Origin: a virus
Lineage: Duplodnaviria; Heunggongvirae; Uroviricota; Caudoviricetes
DNA length: 38,662 nucleotides
Strand: one strand, 5' to 3'
IMG/VR virus record: IMGVR_UViG_2541047816_000001
Shown: in pieces, positions 26,362-36,042 of the stretch
How positions within the stretch are numbered: the stretch's first letter is position 1
Layout: every line of letters starts with the position of its first letter
Notes under the pieces: generated by a model
Seen by the model: only the letters and a program-made list of their open reading frames with translations
Database searches by the model: none
What the model was told of the DNA's origin: nothing
Program-made: the position numbers and the translations under genes

Positions 26362-27428
26362 TCAGTGCCGATAAAAGTGCGTTTTCCTATGGTGCGCTTA
26401 TAATTGCGTATTATTAACTCGGCTAGTGTCCAACGGATTGAAGAAATTTGTGCGACAGTATTGCCGGAGAACTGATGACGGAATCTCGAGTAGGACTATA
26501 CGGAGATGGCATCGACGTGAAGCCTGCTTGGAATGAAATTGGACCGCCAACAGAGGCGGGAGAAATTCCCTCAGCCTATCATAAAGCGGTACCGTATGTT
26601 AATCAGGTCTACTCATATATATACATTAATCAATGGCCTGGTATACCCGCCTGTGCTCGCCGTATTGATGCGGGACAAGAGATACCTAGAATATGGGCAG
26701 TTTTTCCGGGTGCGCTATAGCTGGTCGATACAGCCGATCCCCCTGAGATCGTTTGGCCTACGCAAACTGGCGTACCGGTCAGAGTGCATTAGACCCGTTC
26801 CTCGAATGACTTTCCGTTCCCGCTTTCATCTATAACGCCACACGATTAAGTGGAGTGTTTTAAAGCGGTGACAGCTTCCGAGCCGCAGGATATTGCAGCT
26901 GTATAAGACGGATAAGCGCCGTGCCAGCCTCTGTTTGCTACTGCAGTGGCGTTCATCCCTCTGCTACAGCGGCGATTTGAGGCCCGTCGGAAGCCGTCGC
27001 CCACATCTAACCCCCGAATTTACCCTATGCCGTTTAATATGGAAGCGTTGCCGACACGTGATAGGAGGCCCGGGCATAATGTCATGTAGCATGTGCGCCA
27101 GGTTGCGTTGGGCATACAGTATCTTTGCGATCGTCAGTTTCAACGCGCTACCCTTTATCCAGATAAACTGCCCCTTATTTCTAAATCGTTTGGTCCGGGT
27201 CATTCAGACTGGCAAACGCGGCCATACTAGCTCATGTCTTAATGTATTCGTATTCGTTGCCCGGATATTCAAACTTTTGTTCATCCTGTTAGGCTGCACC
27301 CATTTGTCCCGGAAGAGTAGCCGGCGCAATTTCATTACAAGCAGGTATCCTTTCTAAGCCATCACCATATATTCCTTTGCGATATTTCTTCATAAGTTTT
27401 GCGTCACTACTGTTCCCCTATTCGCTCC

Positions 27429-27923
27429 CTAACGCTTGCCATTCGCAGGGCTCATGACACGCGATGTGAAAGGCACCAGGAGACCGCGTATGTTTATCTG
27501 AACTATACCCATGTTACTGCATGTAGCCCGTCTTCCTGAAATTACTCTGAACCGGTCTCTTCGTGAGGCATCACTGGTTCCCACACGCCACTCTGAATTG
27601 TTGGCATGATCAATAATTATGGACGATTCCCCTGTGAGTGGATTACACCCGTCTGCCATCACGGCCCCGGCCTTCCCGCTGACTGAGAAAACACGCCGTG
27701 CGTGGGGTGATGCCAGGACGGGACCACTTATCGCGCGCATAGTGTTACCTGAAACAGTGCATTTCTGAACAATATATTTCAATGATAGCCTGCAGCACCA
27801 GGTATCAAAAGCGAATGCTCCCATATCCGCTGTCTGACTAACTAATGGACCGCCAACAGTTGGAGCTCCTTCTCCCAAACCAACGTTTAAGAAAATGCAG
27901 CGATTACGACTAACTGGCATCAT
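27429..27923 (-). CDS. Alternative tail-fibre C-terminal segment in inverted orientation (promoterless until inversion)
   Basis: Minus-strand ORF paralogous to the H C-terminus (..GAPTVGGPLVSQTADMGAFAFDT.. vs ..AKTIGVPLVCPSAAMGAFVTDT..; ..IIIDHANNSEWRVGTSDASRRDRF.. vs ..INFDHTNNIAWCAGAGDTSQSARDSF..). Confidence 0.6.
   Translation of the reverse strand: MMPVSRNRCIFLNVGLGEGAPTVGGPLVSQTADMGAFAFDTWCCRLSLKYIVQKCTVSGNTMRAISGPVLASPHARRVFSVSGKAGAVMADGCNPLTGESSIIIDHANNSEWRVGTSDASRRDRFRVISGRRATCSNMGIVQINIRGLLVPFTSRVMSPANGKR
27870..27895. repeat. 26-bp hix/gix-like recombination site (right inverted repeat of invertible segment)
   Basis: TTCTCCCAAACCAACGTTTAAGAAAA; resembles hixL as I recall it; right half matches the reverse complement of the 25973-25998 site. 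Confidence 0.55.
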
Positions 27924-27950
27924 CCCCGGTTTTTATTCAGGGGATTGATC

Positions 27951-28517
27951 ATGCTTATTGGCTATGTACGCGTGTCAACAAATGACCAGAACACAGATTT
28001 GCAACGTAATGCACTGAACTGCGCGGGATGTGAGCGGATTTTTGAGGACAAAATCAGTGGCACTAAGCCCGACAGACCGGGGCTTAAAAAACTGCTCAGG
28101 ACACTATCGGTTGGAGACACTCTGGTTGTCTGGAAGCTGGACAGGTTGGGGCGCAGTATGCGGCATCTTGTTACGCTGATAGAAGAGTTGCGTCAGCGTG
28201 GCGTGAATTTCCGAAGCCTGACTGACAGTATTGATACCAGCACCCCAATGGGCCGTTTCTTTTTTCATGTCATGGGGGCCCTGGCTGAAATGGAACGCGA
28301 ACTGATAGTTGAACGTACCAGGGCGGGGCTGGCTGCAGCTCGTGATAAAGGCAGAGTAGGTGGACGCCGTCCTAAGTTGACCACCGAACAGTGGGCACAG
28401 ATTGGACGCTTACTCGAGGCCGGAGAATCAAGACAGCGTATTGCACTGATTTTTGATGTGGGTGTTTCCACAATTTATAGAAAATTTCCGGCAAATAAGA
28501 GTAATGAATCCCCCTGA
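27951..28517 (+). CDS. Serine DNA invertase (Hin/Gin/Pin/Cin family)
   Basis: N-terminal MLIGYVRVSTNDQ with catalytic Ser, resolvase domain, C-terminal HTH; adjacent to the invertible tail-fibre segment. Confidence 0.85.
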   Translation: MLIGYVRVSTNDQNTDLQRNALNCAGCERIFEDKISGTKPDRPGLKKLLRTLSVGDTLVVWKLDRLGRSMRHLVTLIEELRQRGVNFRSLTDSIDTSTPMGRFFFHVMGALAEMERELIVERTRAGLAAARDKGRVGGRRPKLTTEQWAQIGRLLEAGESRQRIALIFDVGVSTIYRKFPANKSNESP

Positions 28518-28565
28518 ATCAGCATTATTTTGATTATCCCTGCAAGCAGACAAATACCGTCATTT

Positions 28566-28583
28566 TGTGTGAATAACGGTACA
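28566..28583 (+). promoter_or_regulatory. Ogr-type late activator box TGT-N12-ACA upstream of FI
   Basis: TGTgtgaataacggtACA about 80 nt upstream of the FI start. Confidence 0.45.
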
Positions 28584-28659
28584 ACTGCGCTTAGCTGTTT
28601 GTCAGGCACAATCACTTCAACATAGGGCGAAGCCTAATCCAATCAGGAGGTTCGCCACT

Positions 28660-29832
28660 ATGGCTCAGGATTACCACCACGGGGTGCGCGTTGTTGAAGT
28701 CAACGAAGGTACCCGATCCATTACCACGGTGAGCACCGCCATCGTGGGCATGGTCTGCACGGGCGATGATGCCGATGCAAAAATGTTTCCTCTTAATAAA
28801 CCCGTGCTGATCACTGATGTGCTGACTGCCAGCGGTAAAGCGGGTGAGTCCGGCACGCTGGCCCGTTCGCTGGATGCCATCGCTGACCAGGCAAAACCCG
28901 TGACCGTTGTTGTGCGTGTGCCGCAGGGTGAAACGGAAGAAGAAACCACGACCAATATCATCGGCGCAGTGACTGCTGAAGGTAAAAAAACAGGCATGAA
29001 AGCCCTGTTATCTGCCCAGACACAGCTCGGCGTTAAACCGCGCATTCTCGGCGTGCCAGGTCACGATAACAAAGCCGTTGCGACTGAGTTGCTGAGTGTG
29101 GCGCAAAGCCTGCGTGGGTTTGCCTACCTGTCAGCGTATGGCTGCAAGACGGTACAGGAGGCGATCACTTACCGTGAAAACTTCAGCCAGCGCGAAGGAA
29201 TGCTGATCTGGCCCGACTTTACTGGCTGGGACACGGTGCTGAATGCCGAAGCAACGGCATATGCCACCGCCCGTGCGCTTGGTCTGCGTGCCAAAATTGA
29301 TGAGCAGACTGGGTGGCACAAAAGCCTGTCCAACGTGGGCGTGAACGGTGTCACCGGAATTTCTGCAGATGTGTTCTGGGATCTGCAGGACCCGGCAACC
29401 GATGCAGGTCTGCTGAACCAGAACGACGTCACCACGCTTGTGCGTAAAGACGGTTTACGCTTTTGGGGTTCCCGCTGCCTGAGTGATGACCCGCTCTTTG
29501 CTTTCGAAAACTACACCCGCACGGCGCAGGTGCTGACGGACACAATGGCAGAAGCGCACATGTGGGCAGTGGACAAACCGCTGAACCCGTCGCTGGCGCG
29601 CGACATTATCGAGGGCATCCGCGCCAAAATGCGCAGCCTGGTCAGTCAGGGGTATCTCATTGGTGGTGATTGCTGGCTGGACGAGTCGGTGAACGACAAA
29701 GACACTCTGAAAGCCGGAAAACTCACCATCGACTACGACTACACGCCAGTGCCGCCACTTGAAAATCTGATGTTGCGTCAGCGCATCACCGATCAGTACC
29801 TGGTGAATTTCGCCAGCCAGGTCAGCGCGTAA
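28660..29832 (+). CDS. FI: Tail sheath protein (P2 gpFI-like)
   Basis: 390 aa; position before tube and tape-measure genes. Confidence 0.85.
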   Translation: MAQDYHHGVRVVEVNEGTRSITTVSTAIVGMVCTGDDADAKMFPLNKPVLITDVLTASGKAGESGTLARSLDAIADQAKPVTVVVRVPQGETEEETTTNIIGAVTAEGKKTGMKALLSAQTQLGVKPRILGVPGHDNKAVATELLSVAQSLRGFAYLSAYGCKTVQEAITYRENFSQREGMLIWPDFTGWDTVLNAEATAYATARALGLRAKIDEQTGWHKSLSNVGVNGVTGISADVFWDLQDPATDAGLLNQNDVTTLVRKDGLRFWGSRCLSDDPLFAFENYTRTAQVLTDTMAEAHMWAVDKPLNPSLARDIIEGIRAKMRSLVSQGYLIGGDCWLDESVNDKDTLKAGKLTIDYDYTPVPPLENLMLRQRITDQYLVNFASQVSA

Positions 29833-29841
29833 GGGGACAAC

Positions 29842-30357
29842 ATGGCTTTACCACGCAAATTAAAACACCTGAACCTGTTTAACGACGGGAACAACTGGCA
29901 GGGGAGCGTTGAGTCGCTGACGCTGCCGAAATTCACCCGCAAATATGAGAAGTATCGCGGCGGCGGAATGCCGGGTGCAGTGGATGTGGATCTGGGGCTT
30001 GATGACAGTGCTCTGGACACAGAATTTTCCATTGGTGGTACTGAACTGCTGCTGTTTAAACAGATGGGCAAAGCCACGGTGGATGGCATCCAGTTGCGCT
30101 TTACCGGCTCTATCCAGCGTGATGATACCGGGGAAGTGCAGGCCGTGGAGCTTGTGGTGCGTGGACGTCACAAAGAAGTGGATTCCGGCGAGTGGAAGAC
30201 GGGCGAAAGCAACACCACCAAAGTGACCAGTACCAACAGCTACGCGAAGCTGACCATCAATGGTGAGGTGCTCTATGAAGTGGACCTTATCAACATGGTG
30301 GAAATTGTGAACGGTGTGGACCTGATGGAAGCGCACCGCAACGCCCTCGGCCTCTGA
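29842..30357 (+). CDS. FII: Tail tube protein (P2 gpFII-like)
   Basis: 171 aa; follows sheath gene. Confidence 0.8.
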   Translation: MALPRKLKHLNLFNDGNNWQGSVESLTLPKFTRKYEKYRGGGMPGAVDVDLGLDDSALDTEFSIGGTELLLFKQMGKATVDGIQLRFTGSIQRDDTGEVQAVELVVRGRHKEVDSGEWKTGESNTTKVTSTNSYAKLTINGEVLYEVDLINMVEIVNGVDLMEAHRNALGL

Positions 30358-30411
30358 TGTATCTGAACGGCGCGGGATTCCGCGCCAGAACCCAATTTAC
30401 AGGACAACAAA

Positions 30412-30714
30412 ATGAGCGATAAGCAGACTGAAAAGACCATTCAACTGGATACCCCCATCAAGCGCGGTAAAACAGAAATCACCGAAATTGTGCTGCGTAA
30501 ACCGCAGTCCGGTGCGCTGCGCGGTACACGCCTGCAGGCCATTATGGATATGGATGTAAACGCGATGATGACCGTGATCCCCCGCATCTCCAGTCCGGCA
30601 CTGACTGCACAGGAAATTGCAGAGATGGACCCGGCAGATCTCACTGCCATGTCGGTTGAGGTTGTCACTTTTTTGTTGAGGAAGTCGGTGCTTGCCGGTT
30701 TACCGACAGCCTGA
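30412..30714 (+). CDS. E: Tail assembly chaperone (P2 gpE-like)
   Basis: 100 aa; slippery TTTTTTG near its 3' end; precedes tape measure. Confidence 0.7.
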   Translation: MSDKQTEKTIQLDTPIKRGKTEITEIVLRKPQSGALRGTRLQAIMDMDVNAMMTVIPRISSPALTAQEIAEMDPADLTAMSVEVVTFLLRKSVLAGLPTA

Positions 30715-30848
30715 CGGTTGACGATCTGGTGGCAGATATCGCCACCATTTTTCACTGGCCGCCATCCGTTACTGACGTTATGCCGCTGACCGAAGTGCTG
30801 GAATGGCGGTATAAAGCGATTCAGAGAAGCGGGGCCAACGATGAGTGA
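30412..30848 (+). CDS. E+E' extended product via programmed -1 ribosomal frameshift
   Basis: Slippery heptamer TTTTTTG at 30669-30675; the -1 frame is open from there to a TGA at 30846-30848 overlapping the T start. Confidence 0.55.
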
Positions 30849-33800
30849 TAACAACCTGCGTCTGCAGGTCATTCTTAATGCGGTTGACAAGCTCACCCGC
30901 CCATTTCGATCTGCGCAGGCCAGTTCAAGAGAACTGGCTGCTGCTGTCAAAAAATCCCGCGATGCAATAAAGCAGCTTGATCAGGCCGGGAGCAGTCTGG
31001 ACAGCTTCCGAAAGCTGCAGGCAGAAAATCAGAAATTAGGCGACAGGCTGAACTATGCCCGCCAGCGTGCAAATTTGCTCAGTCAGGAACTGGGAGCGAT
31101 GGGGCCGCCTTCGCAACGTCAGGTTGTTGCTCTGGGCCGTCAACGGCTGGCTGTTCAGCGCCTGGAAGAACGCCAGAAAAAGCTGCAGCAGCAGACGGCG
31201 CTTGTGCGCGCTGAACTGTACCGGGCGGGAATTTCTGCGAAAGACGATGCGGGAGCAACTGCCCGTTTAGCCCGTGAAACATCACGTTATAACCAGGAAC
31301 TTTCGAAACAGGAGGCGCGGCTGAAGCGACTGGGGGAAGCTCAGCGCAGGATGAATGCAGCGCGTGCCAGTTATGCCCGTTCGCTGGAGGTGCGTGATCG
31401 TATTGCAGGTGCCGGAGCCACCACCACGGCTGCAGGGCTGGCAATGGGTGCGCCAGTGATGGCGGCAGTAAAAAGCTATACCAGCATGGAAGATGCCATG
31501 AAAGGTGTGGCAAAGCAGGTCAATGGTCTGCGTGACGATAATGGCAACCGCACTGCACGTTTTTATGAAATGCAGGATGCCATCAAGGCTGCCAGCGAAC
31601 AGTTGCCGATGGAAAACGGTGCGGTGGACTTCGCTGCACTGGTTGAAGGTGGTGCGCGCATGAACGTCGCAAACCCTGACGACAGCTGGGAAGATCAGAA
31701 ACGTGACCTGCTGGCCTTCGCCAGTACGGCAGCAAAGGCGGCAACAGCCTTTGAGCTGCCAGCGGATGAACTGTCAGAAAGTCTGGGGAAAATCGCCCAG
31801 CTCTACAAAATCCCCACCCGCAATATTGAACAGCTCGGTGATGCGCTGAACTATCTGGATGATAACGCCATGTCGAAAGGGGCAGACATCATTGATGTGA
31901 TGCAACGTCTGGGCGGTGTGGCTGACCGTCTGGATTATCGTAAAGCGGCGGCGCTGGGTTCCACCTTCCTGACACTGGGCGCTGCGCCAGAGGTTGCAGC
32001 CAGTGCAGCAAACGCGATGGTGCGTGAATTGTCCATTGCCACCATGCAAAGCAAGAGTTTCTTTGAAGGGATGAATCTGCTGAAACTCAATCCTGAAGTG
32101 ATTGAAAAGCAGATGACGAAGGATGCGATGGGAACCATCCAGCGCGTGCTGGAGAAGGTAAACGCGCTGCCGCAGGACAAGCGCCTGTCTGCCATGACTA
32201 TGTTGTTTGGTAAAGAGTTTGGCGATGACGCGGCGAAACTGGCAAACAACCTGCCGGAACTGCAGCGTCAGTTAAAACTGACAGCGGGCAATGATGCGCT
32301 CGGCTCCATGCAGAAAGAATCCGACATTAACAAGGATTCACTTTCTGCGCAGTGGTTGCTGGTCAAAACCGGAGCGCAGAACACCTTCAGCAGCCTGGGC
32401 GAAACGCTGCGCCAGCCGCTGATGGATATTCTGTACACGGTGAAAAGCGTCACGGGGGCGTTGCGTCGCTGGGTGGAAGCTAACCCGGAACTGACAGGCA
32501 CACTGATGAAAGCATCGGCTGTTGTGGCTGCGGTTACCGTCGGCCTCGGCACCTTAGCGGTGGCGCTGGCTGCAGTGCTGGGGCCGCTGGCAGTGATCCG
32601 TCTGGGATTCTCTGTGTTGGGTATCAAAACGTTATCTTCCGTTACGGCAGCAGTAACTCGAACCAGCAGCGCGTTGTCCTGGCTGGCTGGCGCACCACTG
32701 GCACTGCTGCGACGCGGGCTTGCTTCATCGGGCAACGCCGCAGGTTTACTTACTGCGCCGTTGTCGTCTTTGCGCCGCACGGCATCACTGACGGGAAATG
32801 TCCTGAAAACTGTAGCAGGTGCGCCGGTTGCACTTTTGCTGTCTGGATTATCCGGTTTACGTGCTGTTGCTGTGATGTTTATGAATCCTCTGGCGGTACT
32901 GCGCGGTGGACTGGCCGCCGCAGGCACGGTGCTGCGAGTACTGGCATCTGGTCCACTGGCGATGCTGCGCGTTGCCCTGTATGCCATATCTGGTCTGTTA
33001 GGTGCTCTGCTCAGTCCGATAGGTCTTGTGGTTACTGCACTGGCGGGCGTGGCGCTGGTTGTCTGGAAATACTGGCAACCCATCACCGCATTTCTCGGTG
33101 GCGTGGTGGAAGGATTCAAAGCGGCGGCAGGTCCCATCAGTGCAGCGTTCGAACCGCTTAAGCCCGTGTTCCAGTGGATTGGCGACAAAGTGCAGGCGCT
33201 GTGGGGCTGGTTTACTGATCTGCTGACGCCCGTTAAGTCGACCTCTGCCGAACTGCAGAGCGCAGCGGCAATGGGGCGGCGATTCGGGGAGGCACTGGCG
33301 GAAGGGCTGAATATGGTCATGCATCCGCTGGACTCCCTGAAATCCGGCGTTTCCTGGTTGCTGGAGAAGCTCGGCATTGTCAGTAAAGAGGCCGCAAAGG
33401 CAAAACTGCCGGAAAGCGTGACGCGTCAGCAACCTGCGACGGTGAATGCAGACGGTAAAGTGATGATGCCATCGGGTGGTTTTCCATCATGGGGATATGG
33501 CTTTGCGGGGATGTATGACAGCGGCGGGTATATCCCGCGCGGGCAGTTTGGCATCGTCGGTGAAAACGGGCCGGAAATTGTTAACGGCCCGGCAAATGTG
33601 ACCAGCCGGAGAAATACAGCTGCACTGGCTGCCGTTGTTGCCGGAATGATGGGCGTTGCTGCCGCGCCAGCAGAGCTTCCACCGTTGCACCCTTTGGCAC
33701 TTCCCGCGAAAGGTGGAGAAGCAATTGTGAGTCGCGCAGCCACTGTGCCGCTCGTTCAACGGATTGAGGCACCGACGCAGATCATCATTCAGACGCAGCC

Positions 33801-33918
33801 AGGACAAAGTGCGCAGGATATTGCGCGGGAGGTGGCACGCCAGCTTGATGAACGTGAACGCAGGCTGAAGGCAAAAGCCAGGAGTAACTACAGCGATCAG
33901 GGGGGATACGACGCATGA
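30841..33918 (+). CDS. T: Tail tape measure protein (P2 gpT-like)
   Basis: 1025 aa; Ala/Leu-rich coiled-coil N-terminus; position after E/E'. Confidence 0.85.
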   Translation: MSDNNLRLQVILNAVDKLTRPFRSAQASSRELAAAVKKSRDAIKQLDQAGSSLDSFRKLQAENQKLGDRLNYARQRANLLSQELGAMGPPSQRQVVALGRQRLAVQRLEERQKKLQQQTALVRAELYRAGISAKDDAGATARLARETSRYNQELSKQEARLKRLGEAQRRMNAARASYARSLEVRDRIAGAGATTTAAGLAMGAPVMAAVKSYTSMEDAMKGVAKQVNGLRDDNGNRTARFYEMQDAIKAASEQLPMENGAVDFAALVEGGARMNVANPDDSWEDQKRDLLAFASTAAKAATAFELPADELSESLGKIAQLYKIPTRNIEQLGDALNYLDDNAMSKGADIIDVMQRLGGVADRLDYRKAAALGSTFLTLGAAPEVAASAANAMVRELSIATMQSKSFFEGMNLLKLNPEVIEKQMTKDAMGTIQRVLEKVNALPQDKRLSAMTMLFGKEFGDDAAKLANNLPELQRQLKLTAGNDALGSMQKESDINKDSLSAQWLLVKTGAQNTFSSLGETLRQPLMDILYTVKSVTGALRRWVEANPELTGTLMKASAVVAAVTVGLGTLAVALAAVLGPLAVIRLGFSVLGIKTLSSVTAAVTRTSSALSWLAGAPLALLRRGLASSGNAAGLLTAPLSSLRRTASLTGNVLKTVAGAPVALLLSGLSGLRAVAVMFMNPLAVLRGGLAAAGTVLRVLASGPLAMLRVALYAISGLLGALLSPIGLVVTALAGVALVVWKYWQPITAFLGGVVEGFKAAAGPISAAFEPLKPVFQWIGDKVQALWGWFTDLLTPVKSTSAELQSAAAMGRRFGEALAEGLNMVMHPLDSLKSGVSWLLEKLGIVSKEAAKAKLPESVTRQQPATVNADGKVMMPSGGFPSWGYGFAGMYDSGGYIPRGQFGIVGENGPEIVNGPANVTSRRNTAALAAVVAGMMGVAAAPAELPPLHPLALPAKGGEAIVSRAATVPLVQRIEAPTQIIIQTQPGQSAQDIAREVARQLDERERRLKAKARSNYSDQGGYDA

Positions 33919-34400
33919 TGATGGTGCTGGGATTGTACGTGTTTATGCTGCGCACCGTTCCGTATCAGGAACTGCAGTATCAACGCAGCTGGCGACATGC
34001 GGCAAACAGTCGGGTAAACCGACGTCCGTCCACGCAGTTTCTGGGACCGGAAAACGACATGCTGACGCTTTCCGGTGTTCTTATGCCGGAAATAACAGGC
34101 GGCAGGCTGTCGTTGCTGGCACTGGAGCAGATGGCAGAACAGGGGAAAGCATGGCCCCTGATTGAAGGCAGCGGCACGATTTACGGCATGTATGTGATTG
34201 AGGGACTGAATCAGACTAAAACGGAGTTTTTCCGCGACGGTATGCCGCGCCGGATTGAGTTCACCCTGTCGCTCAAACGAGTGGATGAATCCCTGTCCGA
34301 TATGTTCGGTGATCTCAGTGCGCAACTGAATAATCTGCAGGACACGGCAACGTCTGCCTTAAGCGATATCAGTAAAACGGTGGGAGGGCTGCTGTCGTGA
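33915..34400 (+). CDS. U: Tail protein (P2 gpU-like)
   Basis: 161 aa; overlaps T stop; P2 order. Confidence 0.7.
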   Translation: MMMVLGLYVFMLRTVPYQELQYQRSWRHAANSRVNRRPSTQFLGPENDMLTLSGVLMPEITGGRLSLLALEQMAEQGKAWPLIEGSGTIYGMYVIEGLNQTKTEFFRDGMPRRIEFTLSLKRVDESLSDMFGDLSAQLNNLQDTATSALSDISKTVGGLLS

Positions 34401-35497
34401 ATTTCAGCTCTGAACTGCTTAACAAAGGCAACAAAACTCCCGCATTCAGCATCAGTATTGAGGGCAGGGATATCACCACTGTGCTGGATAACCGCCTGAT
34501 GAGTTTGACGCTGACGGATAACCGGGGCTTTGAAGCGGACCAGCTTGATCTGGAGCTGGATGACGCTGACGGAAAAATCGTGCTGCCGCGCCGTGGTGCG
34601 GTTATTACGCTGGCGCTGGGCTGGAAGGGGCAGCCGCTTTTCCCGAAAGGGGCATTCACAGTGGACGAGATTGAACACACTGGCGCACCGGACCGCCTGA
34701 CTATCCGGGCGCGAAGTGCTGATTTTCGGGAAACGCTGAATACCCGCCGTGAAAAATCGTGGCATAAGACCACCGTTGGGGAAGTGGTGAAGGAAATAGC
34801 CGCGCGGCACAAGCTGAAGATGGCACTGGGTAAAGACCTGTCGGATAAGCCCGTGGAGCATATAGACCAGACTAATGAGAGTGACGGCAGTTTTCTGATG
34901 CGGCTGGCGCGACAGTACGGTGCCATCGCGTCGGTGAAAAATGGCAATCTGTTATTCATCCGGCAGGGGCAGGGCAAAAGCGCCACTGGTAAACCTCTGC
35001 CAGTGATCACTATCACACGCAAGGACGGCGACAGTCACCGATTTACCCTGGCAGATCGCGGAGCCTACACGGGCGTAATTGCCAGCTGGTTGCATACCCG
35101 CGAACCTGCGAAGAAAGAAAGCACCACGGTGAAGCGTAAGCGCAGAACTAAGAAGCAGAAGAAAGAGCCAGAAGCGAAGCAGGGCGATTACCTGGTGGGT
35201 ACGGATGAAAACGTGCTGGTACTTAATCGCACTTATGCCAACCGGAGCAACGCCGAACGAGCGGCGAAAATGCAGTGGGAACGCCTGCAACGCGGCGTTG
35301 CGTCATTTTCGCTACAACTGGCAGAAGGGCGGGCAGATCTCTACACGGAAATGCCTGTGAAGGTCAGTGGTTTTAAACAGCCGATAGATGATGCGGAATG
35401 GACCATTACGACTCTGACGCATACCGTCAGCCCGGATAACGGTTTTACGACCAGTTTGGAGCTTGAAGTGAGGATTGATGATTTCGAAATGGAATGA
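34397..35497 (+). CDS. D: Tail protein / late control protein (P2 gpD-like)
   Basis: 366 aa; last late structural gene before ogr. Confidence 0.75.
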   Translation: MNFSSELLNKGNKTPAFSISIEGRDITTVLDNRLMSLTLTDNRGFEADQLDLELDDADGKIVLPRRGAVITLALGWKGQPLFPKGAFTVDEIEHTGAPDRLTIRARSADFRETLNTRREKSWHKTTVGEVVKEIAARHKLKMALGKDLSDKPVEHIDQTNESDGSFLMRLARQYGAIASVKNGNLLFIRQGQGKSATGKPLPVITITRKDGDSHRFTLADRGAYTGVIASWLHTREPAKKESTTVKRKRRTKKQKKEPEAKQGDYLVGTDENVLVLNRTYANRSNAERAAKMQWERLQRGVASFSLQLAEGRADLYTEMPVKVSGFKQPIDDAEWTITTLTHTVSPDNGFTTSLELEVRIDDFEME

Positions 35498-35587
35498 TTC
35501 TTCGCAATGGAGAACTTTTAAGTTTGCAAAATGGAATAATGCGGTATCATTATTGTGAATTTAGCAAAAATGGGGAGAACTCGAAAA

Positions 35588-35806
35588 ATGATGATTTGCC
35601 CACTGTGTGGAAGTGCCGCCCATACTCGCAGCAGTTTTCAGGTATCTTCATTGACCAAAGAGCGTTACAACCAGTGCCAGAATATTAACTGCAGCCATAC
35701 TTTTGTAACCCATGAAACTTTTGTTCGTTCGATTGCAACGCCAAAAGAGTCAAATCCGGTTCAGCCGCATCCAATGAAATCAGGACAGGTGGCGCTCTCT
35801 CTTTGA
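35588..35806 (+). CDS. ogr: Late gene transcriptional activator, Ogr-type zinc finger
   Basis: 72 aa MMICPLCGSAAHTRSS...CQNINCSHTF with Cys4 pattern, similar to P2 Ogr as I recall it; ATG 35588 with GGGGAGA RBS. Confidence 0.8.
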   Translation: MMICPLCGSAAHTRSSFQVSSLTKERYNQCQNINCSHTFVTHETFVRSIATPKESNPVQPHPMKSGQVALSL

Positions 35807-35882
35807 CGCTGCCGCCATTTTGTCGCCATCGTTAAAAAACAGTGCTTCTAACGTCATGATTTTAATCGGCATAAATTTCAGA

Positions 35883-35929
35883 CAACAAAAAACCCATCAA
35901 CCTTGAACCGAAATGGTGGGGTTGATGGG
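35883..35929 (-). terminator. Rho-independent terminator of ybjL (minus strand)
   Basis: CCCATCAACC/GGTTGATGGG hairpin followed on the minus strand by a T-run (TTTTTTGTTG). Confidence 0.55.
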
Positions 35930-36042
35930 CTCCACAAAATGGGGACATCAAAGAAAAGCAGTGGCACTAATTAAGACTGATGCCCTGCGGAAAAGTTCTG
36001 CGGTTGTGCAAAAAAAATTTCATTTTCAGGGCAACTTCAGTT

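Larger units (their letters stand above)
1..35880. mobile_element. P2/186-like prophage, right part complete to ogr; left end (attL) outside the window
   Basis: Collinear P2 gene order from int to ogr; chromosomal genes start at about 36043; right junction lies somewhere in 35807-35890. Confidence 0.85.

Noticed and set aside
26893-27357. 154-aa plus-strand ORF in the centre of the invertible segment
   Set aside because: Cys/Arg/Leu-rich translation with no protein-like pattern and no RBS; orientation and position do not fit a chaperone for either fibre variant. The region is reported as unexplained rather than as a gene.
32268-33377. 369-aa minus-strand ORF, plus other long antisense ORFs (31079-31513, 32998-33432, 33426-33807), inside the tape measure gene
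   Set aside because: Embedded antisense in a well-supported 1025-aa gene; Ala/Ser/Pro/Arg-rich low-complexity translations typical of GC-rich shadow frames; no RBS context.
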